Positions 41,855 through 51,288 of a stretch of DNA of 64,000 nt are shown here, piece by piece. The stretch comes from Acidobacteriota bacterium. Its GTDB lineage: Bacteria > Acidobacteriota > UBA6911 > RPQK01 > CBDAPI01. The position numbers and the translations under genes were made by a program. Each line of letters begins with the position of its first letter. The first letter of the stretch is position 1. Below the pieces are notes generated by a model. The model was not told the origin of the DNA. It worked only from the letters and a program-made list of their open reading frames with translations, and ran no database searches. Location: NCBI GenBank assembly GCA_965198355.1, contig CBDAPI010000012.1:269191-333190 (forward strand). The letters are read 5' to 3'.

Positions 41855-43973
41855 GTACTCGTGGCCCGATATCTCGAAAAGATCACTCATCGGCCGGAAT
41901 ATCTCGCGCCTGGACGGACCCGTAAAGGTATCCGGTGAGGCCAAGTACACCTATGATGTGAACCGTCCCGGAATGCTGTTTGGTGGCATTCTTCGCTGTC
42001 CCCATGCTCACGCCCGAATCACCCGCTTGGATGTTTCCAGCGCGAAGTCCATGCCGGAAGTGAAGGCGGTTCGCGTGATTCAGGACGCAGGGAGCGAGAT
42101 CAAGTGGGAGATGGATGAGATCGTGAGTGTGGCCGCCACCAGTGAAGCCGCCCTTCAAGATGCTCTGGAGGCGATTGAGATCGATTTTGAGGTCTTGTCC
42201 CACTTTGTCAGTGAGGAACAAAAGGAGAACGCGCCCGAGGTCAGTCCCGGGGAGGCCCAGACGACGGGCGATCCGGATCAGGCCCTGGCCGACGCGGATG
42301 TCGTCATGGAGGGGTACTACGGGCTGGCCAAGATTGCCCACTGCTGCCTCGAGCCTCACGGTCAGGTCTGCGAATGGGAGGACGATGAGCATCTGACCGC
42401 CTGGTGTTCGACCCAGAACGTCTCGGGCCTCCCGCCTCAGTTTGCGGAAGGGCTGGGAATCCCCGCCGCCAACGTCAGAGTCATCACCCAGTACATGGGC
42501 GGAGGCTTCGGCAGCAAGTTCGGCGTCGACCGCTGGGGCGTGGAATGTGCACAGCTGGCTCGTGAAGCCAAGGCACCCGTCAAGATGATGCTCCTCCGCG
42601 ATGCAGAGATTGCAGTCGCCGGCGATCGGCCTTCCGCCTATGCCAGGGTGAAGGTTGGATGTACGAGAGAAGGTGAACTGACCGCCTGGGAGTCGGAGTC
42701 CTGGGGAACGGGAGGAGTGTCACGAGCCGGTAATCCTCCTCTCCCCTACGTGGTCGAGATTCCCAATGTCAGGAAACTGCACATTGCCGTCCCCACCAAC
42801 ACAGCCTCGGCTCGCGCCTGGCGGGCTCCGAATCACCCCCAGGGCTGCCTGATCACGATGGCGGCCCTCGAAGACACGGCTGCCAGGATCGAAATGGACC
42901 CGCTCGAACTCATGCTGCGCAACATCCATCTGACAGGTCGGATGGCGGGCGTCTACAAGCAGGAGTTGAGCATCGGCGCCAAGCTGGTTGGCTGGGCCGA
43001 GAACTGGCATCCCCGGGGAGAAGGTGGAGCAGGCCCGATCAAGCGAGGGCTGGGCCTGGGAATGCACACCTGGGGCGGTCGCGGGCACGCCAGCAACTGC
43101 GAGGTCATCGTCTATCCCGACGGTGGCGTCGAGGCCCGGCTGGGCAGTCAGGATCTGGGTACCGGAACCAGGACGATCATCGCCATGGTTCTGGCCGAGA
43201 CCTTTGGGCTGGGTATCCGTGACGTGAAAGTCAGCATCGGCGACAGCCGTTATCCTCAGTCGGGACCGTCGGGTGGAAGTACGACTGTCGGAGGAGTCAG
43301 CGGCTCGACCAGAAGAGCCGCTCAGGATGCCCTGGAGAAAATACTGGCCGCTGCAGCTCCTGAGTTGGGTGCGGAATCAACCGAAGAACTGGAAGCATGG
43401 CGGGGTTCGATTCGGGTCAAGGAGGATCCCTCCCGGAGTCTGGAGTGGAAGCGGGCGGCTGCCCGGATTGGTCCGAACCCTCTCACCGCGACGGGCCGCA
43501 ACCCTGGCTCGGGGAACCTGAACAACAGCGGAGTTGGTGGAATCCAGATGGCGGAGGTGGCCGTGGACACCGAAACCGGGATTGTCAGGATCAGGAAGAT
43601 GGTCGCGGTTCAGGATTGCGGTCTCATTCTGGACATGAAAACGGCGCGCAGTCAGGTGTTCGGTGGCTTGATCCAGGGCATAGCCTATGCGCTGACGGAA
43701 GAGAAGATCACGGATCCGGTCAGCGGAAGGCTCCTCAATCCGGACATGGAGTTTTACAAGCTGCCTGGGTTGTTTGATGTGGGACGCCTCGAGGTCCACA
43801 TGATGACCGGACCCGGCTACGACGAGCGTGGAGTCATTGGGCTGGGTGAGCCTCCCGTGATCTCTCCAGGAGCCGCCATTTCGAACGCGGTTGCCAATGC
43901 CGTTGGTGTTCGAGTCCCGACTCTGCCCCTTACCCCCGATAGAGTTCTCAATGCATTAGGGAAAGGAGCATAG
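41847..43973 (+). CDS. Molybdopterin-binding subunit (PaoC/YagR-like)
   Basis: GGGFGSK, AWRAP, QDLGTG, SGGS, catalytic GLGEPP. Confidence 0.93.
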   Translation: MAEYSWPDISKRSLIGRNISRLDGPVKVSGEAKYTYDVNRPGMLFGGILRCPHAHARITRLDVSSAKSMPEVKAVRVIQDAGSEIKWEMDEIVSVAATSEAALQDALEAIEIDFEVLSHFVSEEQKENAPEVSPGEAQTTGDPDQALADADVVMEGYYGLAKIAHCCLEPHGQVCEWEDDEHLTAWCSTQNVSGLPPQFAEGLGIPAANVRVITQYMGGGFGSKFGVDRWGVECAQLAREAKAPVKMMLLRDAEIAVAGDRPSAYARVKVGCTREGELTAWESESWGTGGVSRAGNPPLPYVVEIPNVRKLHIAVPTNTASARAWRAPNHPQGCLITMAALEDTAARIEMDPLELMLRNIHLTGRMAGVYKQELSIGAKLVGWAENWHPRGEGGAGPIKRGLGLGMHTWGGRGHASNCEVIVYPDGGVEARLGSQDLGTGTRTIIAMVLAETFGLGIRDVKVSIGDSRYPQSGPSGGSTTVGGVSGSTRRAAQDALEKILAAAAPELGAESTEELEAWRGSIRVKEDPSRSLEWKRAAARIGPNPLTATGRNPGSGNLNNSGVGGIQMAEVAVDTETGIVRIRKMVAVQDCGLILDMKTARSQVFGGLIQGIAYALTEEKITDPVSGRLLNPDMEFYKLPGLFDVGRLEVHMMTGPGYDERGVIGLGEPPVISPGAAISNAVANAVGVRVPTLPLTPDRVLNALGKGA

Positions 43974-43976
43974 GCG

Positions 43977-44957
43977 ATGAGAGCTTTCTCGTATGCACAA
44001 CCTGGGACCACCAGTGAAGCCCTGGAAATTCTGAATGAACACAGGGGAAGGGCGGCGGTTCTGGCCGGTGGAACCGATTTGTTGAGTCTGATGAAGGACT
44101 TGGTGGTCTCTCCGGCTGTAGTCGTGAATGTCAAGGTGATCTCGGAACTTTCCGGGATCAGCCGGCAGGGAGGACACCTGCGAATCGGCGCCACGACCAC
44201 GCTCACCGACCTGATCGAGGATGCAACCGTCAGCAGCCACTACCCCTCTCTGGTGCAAGCTGCTGAGGGGATCGCCAGCCCTCAGATCCGCAACATGGGA
44301 ACGGTTGGCGGAGACCTCTGTCAGAGGCCTCGATGCTGGTATTTTCGCCGCGGCTTCGGGCTCCTGGCCACCCACGAGGGGCGTTCCATGGTCGAGGATG
44401 GCGACAACCGCTACCACGCCATCCTGGGAAACACCGGACCTGCGCGCTTCGTAAATCCTTCGAGTCTGGCGCCTGCCTTGATTGCGCTCGGCGCTGAAGT
44501 GGAGGTTTCCGGACCTTCGGGCTCCCGGACTCTCCCTGTGGAGGATTTCTATCGAACTCCCCAGAGTGAAGGCGAAAGAGAGTCTGTGCTCGGCGAAACT
44601 GAACTGCTGACGGGAATTCGCATCTTGCTGCAGGAAAGTTCCAATGCGACCTACGAGGTGCGTCAGAGACAGGCTTTGGACTGGCCCCTGGCCGCCGCCG
44701 CCGTTTCGCTCCAGATGGACGGTGCAAGCGTACGTTCGGCATCGGTGGTTCTGGGTCACGTGGCGCCGGTTCCGTGGGTGGCGTCGGCTTCGGCCCGGGT
44801 GTTGAGAGGGCGGACATTGAACGCGGATCTTGCGCGGCGGGCCGGGGAAGCAGCCACCACCGGAGCCAGGGCACTGAGCAGGAATGGTTACAAGATACAG
44901 CTCGCACGTGTGGCAGCCACGCGCGCGATCCTGCGGGCATCAAGAACGGAGAGTTAA
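43977..44957 (+). CDS. FAD-binding subunit (PaoB/YagS-like)
   Basis: AGGTDL, ASPQIRNMGTVGG, QRPRCWYFR, N.YK. Confidence 0.92.
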   Translation: MRAFSYAQPGTTSEALEILNEHRGRAAVLAGGTDLLSLMKDLVVSPAVVVNVKVISELSGISRQGGHLRIGATTTLTDLIEDATVSSHYPSLVQAAEGIASPQIRNMGTVGGDLCQRPRCWYFRRGFGLLATHEGRSMVEDGDNRYHAILGNTGPARFVNPSSLAPALIALGAEVEVSGPSGSRTLPVEDFYRTPQSEGERESVLGETELLTGIRILLQESSNATYEVRQRQALDWPLAAAAVSLQMDGASVRSASVVLGHVAPVPWVASASARVLRGRTLNADLARRAGEAATTGARALSRNGYKIQLARVAATRAILRASRTES

Positions 44958-44970
44958 GGAGTACTAAGCT

Positions 44971-45177
44971 ATGGATCGGTTCCCGGACACAAAGGAAGTC
45001 TGCCGCCGGCTTCGATTCAAGGGCATGTACATTGAAGTCGAACCGGACCCCCTGGTCCCCAACACCAGTGACGGATTCTGCTGGTGCAGCCACACCCAGA
45101 ACTGCCTGGGTCCCGACAGCGAACCGGTGGACGAAGACCAGTGTGTTTCCGGCCGGGAGTGCTACGAGGCCATTTAA
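44971..45177 (+). CDS. Small six-cysteine protein
   Basis: RBS TAAGGAG; C..LR.K.MY...CWC..TQ.CLGPD...C...R.CY; 13 bp after the FAD subunit gene. Confidence 0.75.
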   Translation: MDRFPDTKEVCRRLRFKGMYIEVEPDPLVPNTSDGFCWCSHTQNCLGPDSEPVDEDQCVSGRECYEAI

Positions 45178-45341
45178 CCGCTCTTCTCCCCCTGCAACCT
45201 CTGCGCCGGATGAGCGTCTGACTTCGTGACGTCCGACCTTCCCCCGCGGCGGGGACGGCTCTGCTAGAATAAGCAGAACACAAGTACTCACCTCGTGGAA
45301 GTGAGTGCTCAGCCAGTTCTTTATCTTGGAGCAATTTTGAA

Positions 45342-46001
45342 ATGAAAGATATCACCGTTTTCCTGGCGTCCATCCTGTTGGCAGCCAGTGTCGCCTCCGG
45401 CGCCGATGCCCAGATCCGCGGAGACTACCTGGAGGTTCGAACAGCCAACGTTTTTGTGGGCCCGTGCATTGCCAACGGAGAGGTCAACCTGACGGGCAAG
45501 GAGGCAATCCTGGCCTGGCGGGTGAATCAAGGCAGTTGGGACGGCACGCCCATCGAAGGCCTAAGTGTGATTGCGGTTGTGAGAGCCGACGCAACCCTTG
45601 GAGATCCTTTTGCCGGAGAAACCGAGCCCGCTCGTTCTGTCATCGTAGTGGACCGAGCCGCCAGTCAGCCTCAGAAGCAAGCTCTTCTGAGCCTGGCTCG
45701 TTCTATGGCCCCCGAGTTGCTCGATCGCGTTGTGAGTGTCGAGTCCGCCCCCATTGAGCTGACCGTGGACAGGCGCCAGCAAGCCTCTGTGCAGGCAGGA
45801 GATATTGTGAGTTTCTCGACGCGAGGGTTCCGCAAGGATGATCATCTCTGTGGCAACGAGACGGTTCTTTATCCGCCGCTCATCGCGGTAGATGCCGAGC
45901 CGGCGTTCACGCTCGAACACGAGTTTCGAGGAGACGGCCTGGGTAGCCGTTGGAGCAGTCCTCGCCGGGCCAGCGCCTTCGTCGGCCAGTTCGTCCGGTA
46001 G
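45342..46001 (+). CDS. Secreted DUF1326-like protein
   Basis: Signal peptide; GDYLEVRT..VGPC.ANGE, HLCGNE. Confidence 0.65.
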   Translation: MKDITVFLASILLAASVASGADAQIRGDYLEVRTANVFVGPCIANGEVNLTGKEAILAWRVNQGSWDGTPIEGLSVIAVVRADATLGDPFAGETEPARSVIVVDRAASQPQKQALLSLARSMAPELLDRVVSVESAPIELTVDRRQQASVQAGDIVSFSTRGFRKDDHLCGNETVLYPPLIAVDAEPAFTLEHEFRGDGLGSRWSSPRRASAFVGQFVR

Positions 46002-46010
46002 TCGGATAAG

Positions 46011-46652
46011 ATGTTGCGGCTGCTTGTACTTGCGATAACCGTGGGTGTTCTTTCGGCTGCGCCCGACACGGTGCAGATTCTGGAAGAGCCACCCCCCGAA
46101 GAGGTTTCCGGTCAGATCCGCCCGGCACTCTCCAGCCGGCTCTACAAGGTGGAACTGAAAGGAAACTCCACCGCAGAGTTCTGGTTCAGAGGCGAGATGC
46201 CCGTGACTGAAGACTCCCAGGCGGGTCTGGGTGTCAATTTCGGACTTTTCGAGGCGGGATCGCTGCTGGGCGTTGTTCGGTTCTCGTCCCAGTGGAGAGA
46301 CTACAAGGACTCGCCCGTGAAAGCAGGTTCTTACGCTCTTCGATACGCTGCCCAGCCCGCGGATGGTGATCACACGGGGGTATCGCTCTACAGGGACTTT
46401 CTGCTTTTAGTTCCGGCCGGCCAGGATCAAGAACCGGACGGGGAGTATACGCAGCACCAGCTGGTCGCCATGAGCAAGGAAGCTTCCGGCTCAACTCACC
46501 CCGTCGTGATGGGAATGTTTCCCGTGTGGGACGAACCCGAGACCGAAAGCGTGGTCAGCAATGAGCTGGATCAGTCGACTCTGGTCGTTAAGGCCGCTGG
46601 AGTCACCTTCGGACTCGTGTTGATCGGGCATGGGGAGACGGAAGGGTACTAG
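46011..46652 (+). CDS. Secreted hypothetical protein
   Basis: Signal peptide MLRLLVLAITVGVLSA; LRYAAQPADGDHTG..RDFLLL; HP. Confidence 0.75.
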   Translation: MLRLLVLAITVGVLSAAPDTVQILEEPPPEEVSGQIRPALSSRLYKVELKGNSTAEFWFRGEMPVTEDSQAGLGVNFGLFEAGSLLGVVRFSSQWRDYKDSPVKAGSYALRYAAQPADGDHTGVSLYRDFLLLVPAGQDQEPDGEYTQHQLVAMSKEASGSTHPVVMGMFPVWDEPETESVVSNELDQSTLVVKAAGVTFGLVLIGHGETEGY

Positions 46653-46684
46653 CAGTGCGTGGCACTCTTGCCACGGGCCGCTAG
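46649..46684. repeat. Family A palindrome starting on a TAG stop
   Basis: CTAGCAGTGCGTGGCACTCTTGCCACGGGCCGCTAG. Confidence 0.7.
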
Positions 46685-46714
46685 TCAGAGGCCTCTGCTA
46701 AAAGTCGTCTGCGA

Positions 46715-47062
46715 GTGAGGCAGATCAAAACACTGGCAGATGAGAAGGTTCCGTTTGCTCATGGAAGTGAGGAAGACTTTGCTCGCTTCCTCAGTTTCTA
46801 TAATGTCGAGTGGCACTACGAGCCAACCTGTTTTCCATTGCAGTGGGATGGAAAAGGGCGTGTCACCGAGAGTGTAGCTCCTGACTTCTACCTTCCCCAG
46901 TTCGACCTTTATGTGGAGCTCACCACCATGAAGCAGAGCCTTGTAACCCGTAAGAACCGCAAGCTGAGGCGACTTCGCGAGCTCTATCCGGAGATCAATG
47001 TCAAGGTCATTTACGGGAAGGACTACAAGAGACTGGCCTTCAAGTTTGGTGTCTTCGCATGA
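46715..47062 (+). CDS. Small PD-(D/E)xK-fold-like protein
   Basis: SEEDFA..W.YEP..PDFYLP..YVELTT; ATGA overlap with hpt. Confidence 0.7.
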   Translation: MRQIKTLADEKVPFAHGSEEDFARFLSFYNVEWHYEPTCFPLQWDGKGRVTESVAPDFYLPQFDLYVELTTMKQSLVTRKNRKLRRLRELYPEINVKVIYGKDYKRLAFKFGVFA

Positions 47063-47649
47063 AGCCAGCGTCTTCCTGCGCGTCGCCCCGTGTGAATCGG
47101 GTTGTTCTGAGCGAGGAGGACATTGCGAGGGTAGTCCGAAGGCTCGGCAGCGAGATCACGCGGGATTACCGCGATCGGAACCCAGTAGTCGTGGGAGTTC
47201 TCAACGGTGCCTTCTTTTTTGCTTGTGATCTGATCCGCCGGATTGAAACCCCGGTCACGCTCGATTTCCTCTCTCTTCGACGCTTTTGCCCGGAGAATCC
47301 GGCGAACAGGCAGGTGGAGATTACCCGGGACCTGGAAGAAAGTATCGAGGGGCGCGAGGTGCTCATTGTGGAGGACCTGGTGGACACCGGTTTGAGCCTC
47401 AATTACCTGTGTCAGGCACTGGAAGATCGCAAACCCGCCTCCCTTGCCATCTGTTCTCTGCTAGACCGCCCTCAGCTCAGGCTCGTGGAACTCCCGTTCA
47501 AGTACCGAGGTTTCGAGGTGGATGACCAGTTTCTGGTGGGCTATGGACTCGACTTTCAAGGGAATTTTCGCTGCCTGCCTTACATCGCCGCCCTCGAAGC
47601 AGCCCGTGGTGGAAGTCGTGTGGAGCCGAACTCGTCCCGCGTCGCCTGA
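47059..47649 (+). CDS. hpt: Hypoxanthine phosphoribosyltransferase family protein
   Basis: GVLNGAFFFACDL, PRPP loop LIVEDLVDTGLSL, FLVGYGLD. Confidence 0.85.
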   Translation: MKPASSCASPRVNRVVLSEEDIARVVRRLGSEITRDYRDRNPVVVGVLNGAFFFACDLIRRIETPVTLDFLSLRRFCPENPANRQVEITRDLEESIEGREVLIVEDLVDTGLSLNYLCQALEDRKPASLAICSLLDRPQLRLVELPFKYRGFEVDDQFLVGYGLDFQGNFRCLPYIAALEAARGGSRVEPNSSRVA

Positions 47650-47664
47650 GCGATTCTCCTGAAA

Positions 47665-47732
47665 GTGGGAGTCGGCTTCGGGGCGGTAACCGGGAAGACT
47701 TAAACGGCCGCCGCCCCCGAGCCGCCTCCCAC
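47665..47732. repeat. REPIN-like element (family B), followed by GAAACGT heptamers
   Basis: GTGGGAGTCGGCTTCGGGGCGGTAACCGGGAAGACTTAAACGGCCGCCGCCCCCGAGCCGCCTCCCAC. Confidence 0.8.
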
Positions 47733-47756
47733 CTTCGTGGAACGTGAAACGTGAAA

Positions 47757-48014
47757 TCAGAAAATCATCCATTCCACGACTACACAGGCGCTCACGAGGG
47801 CGGCGATCAGCAGCCAGATGCCCCTGATCACCCTGGGCTTCTTGGCCCCTCTCCCCGGACCGGTCCACTGCAGCGAAGTCTTCTGCGCATAGCGATAGTA
47901 GTTGTCACGGATACCCAGGATTGTGGAGTAGGCCACGGCGTAGAAAACCAGGAAGACCACGGTAAGAAAAAGGAACAGGATGGAACGTTCGGCCCACCAC
48001 GGCATTGTCATCAA
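47757..48014 (-). CDS. Small two-TM membrane protein
   Basis: Two hydrophobic segments; co-oriented 7 bp after hslR. Confidence 0.6.
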   Translation of the reverse strand: MMTMPWWAERSILFLFLTVVFLVFYAVAYSTILGIRDNYYRYAQKTSLQWTGPGRGAKKPRVIRGIWLLIAALVSACVVVEWMIF

Positions 48015-48021
48015 TATGGAC

Positions 48022-48411
48022 CTACCTTCTCCTGAGCCGGCTCAGACTCCGCCGGTCCTTCTTAGTGGGTCTGCCTGATCCCCCGGGGCGGGCAACCCCC
48101 ATGATCTGCTCGATGGGGTCCAGTTTCGGTCTCTCCGGTGTCAGGTCTTCGTAGAGAGACCTTGCCTCACTCCTGAGGATATTCCTTTCCGCCAGATCCC
48201 GGACCTGCAGGATTCGGGTCCAGCCGGAATGCCGGATCGAGATCTCGTCGCCGACTCTTACCGGCTGTTTCGGCTTGCAGACGCAGCCGTTGATGGATAC
48301 CCGCCCCTTCAGGCAGGCTCCCCGTGCCTGGCTACGAGTCTTGAAAATGCAAGCGAAATCCAGCCATCTATCGACGCGTATCTGCTCCCTTTCCGTCGGC
48401 AGCCGTTTCAT
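48022..48411 (-). CDS. hslR: Ribosome-associated heat shock protein Hsp15 (S4 domain)
   Basis: RVDRWL..FKTRSQA..GRVSING, GRPTKKDRR. Confidence 0.88.
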   Translation of the reverse strand: MKRLPTEREQIRVDRWLDFACIFKTRSQARGACLKGRVSINGCVCKPKQPVRVGDEISIRHSGWTRILQVRDLAERNILRSEARSLYEDLTPERPKLDPIEQIMGVARPGGSGRPTKKDRRSLSRLRRR

Positions 48412-49865
48412 TGGGAGAGTGCCGCCAGCAAGCTCTTCAGAATCTGGTAGAACCTGCCCACCGAGGGAATCATCACCCGTTCATCCGGAGAATGGGGAAA
48501 CTCGATCTGGGGTCCCAGGGAGATCATGTCCATGCCCGGGTACTTTTCTCCGATGAGCCCACATTCGAGCCCGGCGTGGATCGCTTTTACTTCCGGATCT
48601 GTTCCTGTCTCTTCGCGGTGCACTTCACGGGTTGTGGCTAGCAGCGGGGAGGAGAGATCGGGCTGCCATCCGGGGTAACTTTCCAGTTCTCGAGTCCGGC
48701 AGTCGGCCAGGTCCCCGATCGCCTTCAGACGCAGCTGTAATGCCTCTAGCGCCGACTTGACCGAACTGCGGGTGCTGACGTGGATGTCCGCCTCCCCATT
48801 CATGGCGTGGGCTGAGGCCAGGCTGGCGCTGGTCTCAACCAGATCAGGGATGTCATAGCTGGTGGACATGACACCATGGGGCAGGGAGTTGAGGAGATCG
48901 AGGAATCGTCTGGTTGAATCTCCGCTCCACGACTCTCCGGGCAATTGGGCTGAGTCGATCTGCGAACTCAGCTGGGGCTCGACTGCACGGAACTCTTTTC
49001 CGATAGTAGCCAGATCAGTCTCAAGGGCAGCGCAAAGAGTCTGCAGATCGCTCTGGGAGCAGATCAGGACGGCTCGGGCTTCGCGGGGAATGGCATTGTG
49101 GGCGCTTCCACCCAGAAATTCGCTCAAGTGAAAAGGGACGACCTGCTGGGCGGATTCCAGAACGCGGGCGAGCAACTGCACTGCATTCCCCCTCTGAAGA
49201 TGGATGTCCACACCGGAGTGTCCACCCTGCAGGCCCCTGAGCTCTACAATGAGGGCAGATTCGTCGGAACCGGTGACATCATGGTCCAGCTGCAGGTTGA
49301 AATCGAGGCCGGCTCCCCCGGCGCAGCCGACGTAGAGAGCATCCTCTTCTTCGCAGTCGAGGTTGAGGAGTAAACGGCCCTGGAGGAAATCTCCCCCCAG
49401 CTGCGCAGCGCCGGTCAGGCCGGTCTCTTCATCGACCGTGAACAGAAACTCCAGCGGACCGTGGGGAATCTGGTTGTCTTCCATGAGGGCCAGGCAGGCC
49501 GCCACTCCGATCCCGTTGTCCGATCCCAGCGTGGTGCCGGTTGCCTTCAGATAATCCCCGTCTCTGCGGGGACGAATTGGGTCATTAGAAAAGTCATGGT
49601 CCGCGTCCGAGTTTTTTTCATTAACCATGTCGAGATGGCACTGCAGGACCGTGATCGGGGTGCCTGAACGGCCGCCCTTGGCGGGTTTTCTGACGATCAC
49701 ATTTCCGGTCCTGTCCTGACTGGCCTCCAACCCCAGGCGACGCGCCAGGTCCAGGACATACGCTGCCATTTGCTGCTCCTGGCCCGATTCGCGGGGAATC
49801 GTCAGAATCGTGTCAAAATGACTCCACAAGTCTCTCGGTTCCAGTTCGGATACGAAGGTCGTCAT
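48408..49865 (-). CDS. pepD: Aminoacyl-histidine dipeptidase (M20C)
   Basis: LQCHLDMV, TTLGSDNGIG, DEETG, GGHSG, IHAGLECG, HSPDE. Confidence 0.93.
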   Translation of the reverse strand: MTTFVSELEPRDLWSHFDTILTIPRESGQEQQMAAYVLDLARRLGLEASQDRTGNVIVRKPAKGGRSGTPITVLQCHLDMVNEKNSDADHDFSNDPIRPRRDGDYLKATGTTLGSDNGIGVAACLALMEDNQIPHGPLEFLFTVDEETGLTGAAQLGGDFLQGRLLLNLDCEEEDALYVGCAGGAGLDFNLQLDHDVTGSDESALIVELRGLQGGHSGVDIHLQRGNAVQLLARVLESAQQVVPFHLSEFLGGSAHNAIPREARAVLICSQSDLQTLCAALETDLATIGKEFRAVEPQLSSQIDSAQLPGESWSGDSTRRFLDLLNSLPHGVMSTSYDIPDLVETSASLASAHAMNGEADIHVSTRSSVKSALEALQLRLKAIGDLADCRTRELESYPGWQPDLSSPLLATTREVHREETGTDPEVKAIHAGLECGLIGEKYPGMDMISLGPQIEFPHSPDERVMIPSVGRFYQILKSLLAALSQ

Positions 49866-50108
49866 TATCTTCTGGTTCCTTGTTCCTGATTGCTGGTTTC
49901 TTTGCTCGTGACATCTTGGCAGAGTTAGCGGCTTACCTTCAAATGCCCGCGTCTTGCCCGCTTCGCTGCGTCGTATTGAATCAGAACCTGAAGCGGAGCG
50001 AGAGCTGAGTGCTAGCCGCGGCCTGGCGCGCGCGGTTCTGTTGACCGTCGCGATCAGAACCTAGCACCCAGGGCCAGTGATTTTGCTAAAATGCATCAAA
50101 TCTAGCCC

Positions 50109-51287
50109 ATGAATTCCACGCATAGATCACACCAGTCCTCGATTCCCCTGCCCGAGAACAGCCTTTCTGGCTTCTCCTCGGATCTTGGACAGCAGCTCGT
50201 CTTTGGACCAGGATCCCTGTCGAGACTCGGTCCGTTTGCCCGCGAGATGGGGGCAGGCAGAGTACTGCTGGTGGCAGATCCTGCCATGGCGGAGGCCGGG
50301 CATCTGGAGCGCGTTCTGGCTTCGCTGGGTGAGTCAAAGACGGAATCTCTGATCTTCGATCAGGTTCAGGAGAATCCAACCACTCGCTTGGTGGAAGCAG
50401 CAGCAGCGCGGCTGGCGGAAGAGAAGTTTGACTTGATTGTCGCAGTGGGCGGAGGCAGTGCCATGGATACAGCCAAAGCATTGAATCTCCTGCTCACCAG
50501 CGGAGGGCGAATGGAAGACTATCGGGGCTTCGGCAAGGCCGGCAACGACATGTACCCCTCCATCGGCGTCCCGACTACCGCGGGAACCGGAAGCGAGGCT
50601 CAGTCCTACGCGCTCATCGGCCGTTCGCGGGACCACCTGAAAATGGCCTGTGGCGACCCCGGGGTGAGGTTTCGGCGAGTGATTCTGGACCCGGACTTGC
50701 TGGAAACGGCACCCCGGCAAGTGCTGGCTGCGGCCGGAGCCGACGCGCTCTCCCATGCCGTCGAGAGCCTGGTGTCAGCCGCCAGCCATCCCATCTCACG
50801 AATGTTCTCCTGCTGGTCGTGGAAGTTATTGGAACCCAACTGCGAGAACGGCGTCAACGAGGGGAATCGAGAGGCTCTGGGTCAGATGTTGATCGGGGCC
50901 TACCTGGCCGGAATGGCGGTCGAACTGTCCATGCTGGGCGCCGCCCATGCCTGTGCAAACCCGTTGACGGCCCGCTACGGTATCAGGCATGGCGCCGCAG
51001 TTGCATTGGTACTTCCCGCGGTGGTTCGTCTGAACGGTTCTGCTGTGAATGAAGATTACGGAGAGCTGGAGGGGATCGACCCGGTGGGGGCGGCAGAATC
51101 CCTGGCGGTGCGGCTGGAGGCCATCCGCGCCCGAACAAGTTTACCGACCTCTCTAATTGAATTGGGTGTCAGTGAATCCTCCATCCAGGAGTTGGCCACA
51201 GAGGCAGCGCAGCAATGGACGGGTCGATTCAACCCCGTTCCGCTGACCGCCGAGACGGCCACACGAATCTATGAGCCACTTTTTTGA
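50109..51287 (+). CDS. Iron-containing alcohol dehydrogenase
   Basis: GGGSAMD, PTTAGTGSE, DALSHAVES, GAAHACANPL..HG. Confidence 0.92.
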   Translation: MNSTHRSHQSSIPLPENSLSGFSSDLGQQLVFGPGSLSRLGPFAREMGAGRVLLVADPAMAEAGHLERVLASLGESKTESLIFDQVQENPTTRLVEAAAARLAEEKFDLIVAVGGGSAMDTAKALNLLLTSGGRMEDYRGFGKAGNDMYPSIGVPTTAGTGSEAQSYALIGRSRDHLKMACGDPGVRFRRVILDPDLLETAPRQVLAAAGADALSHAVESLVSAASHPISRMFSCWSWKLLEPNCENGVNEGNREALGQMLIGAYLAGMAVELSMLGAAHACANPLTARYGIRHGAAVALVLPAVVRLNGSAVNEDYGELEGIDPVGAAESLAVRLEAIRARTSLPTSLIELGVSESSIQELATEAAQQWTGRFNPVPLTAETATRIYEPLF

Positions 51288-51288
51288 C

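Noticed and set aside
41847-44957. Selenocysteine-containing molybdoenzyme
   Set aside because: No in-frame TGA in any subunit
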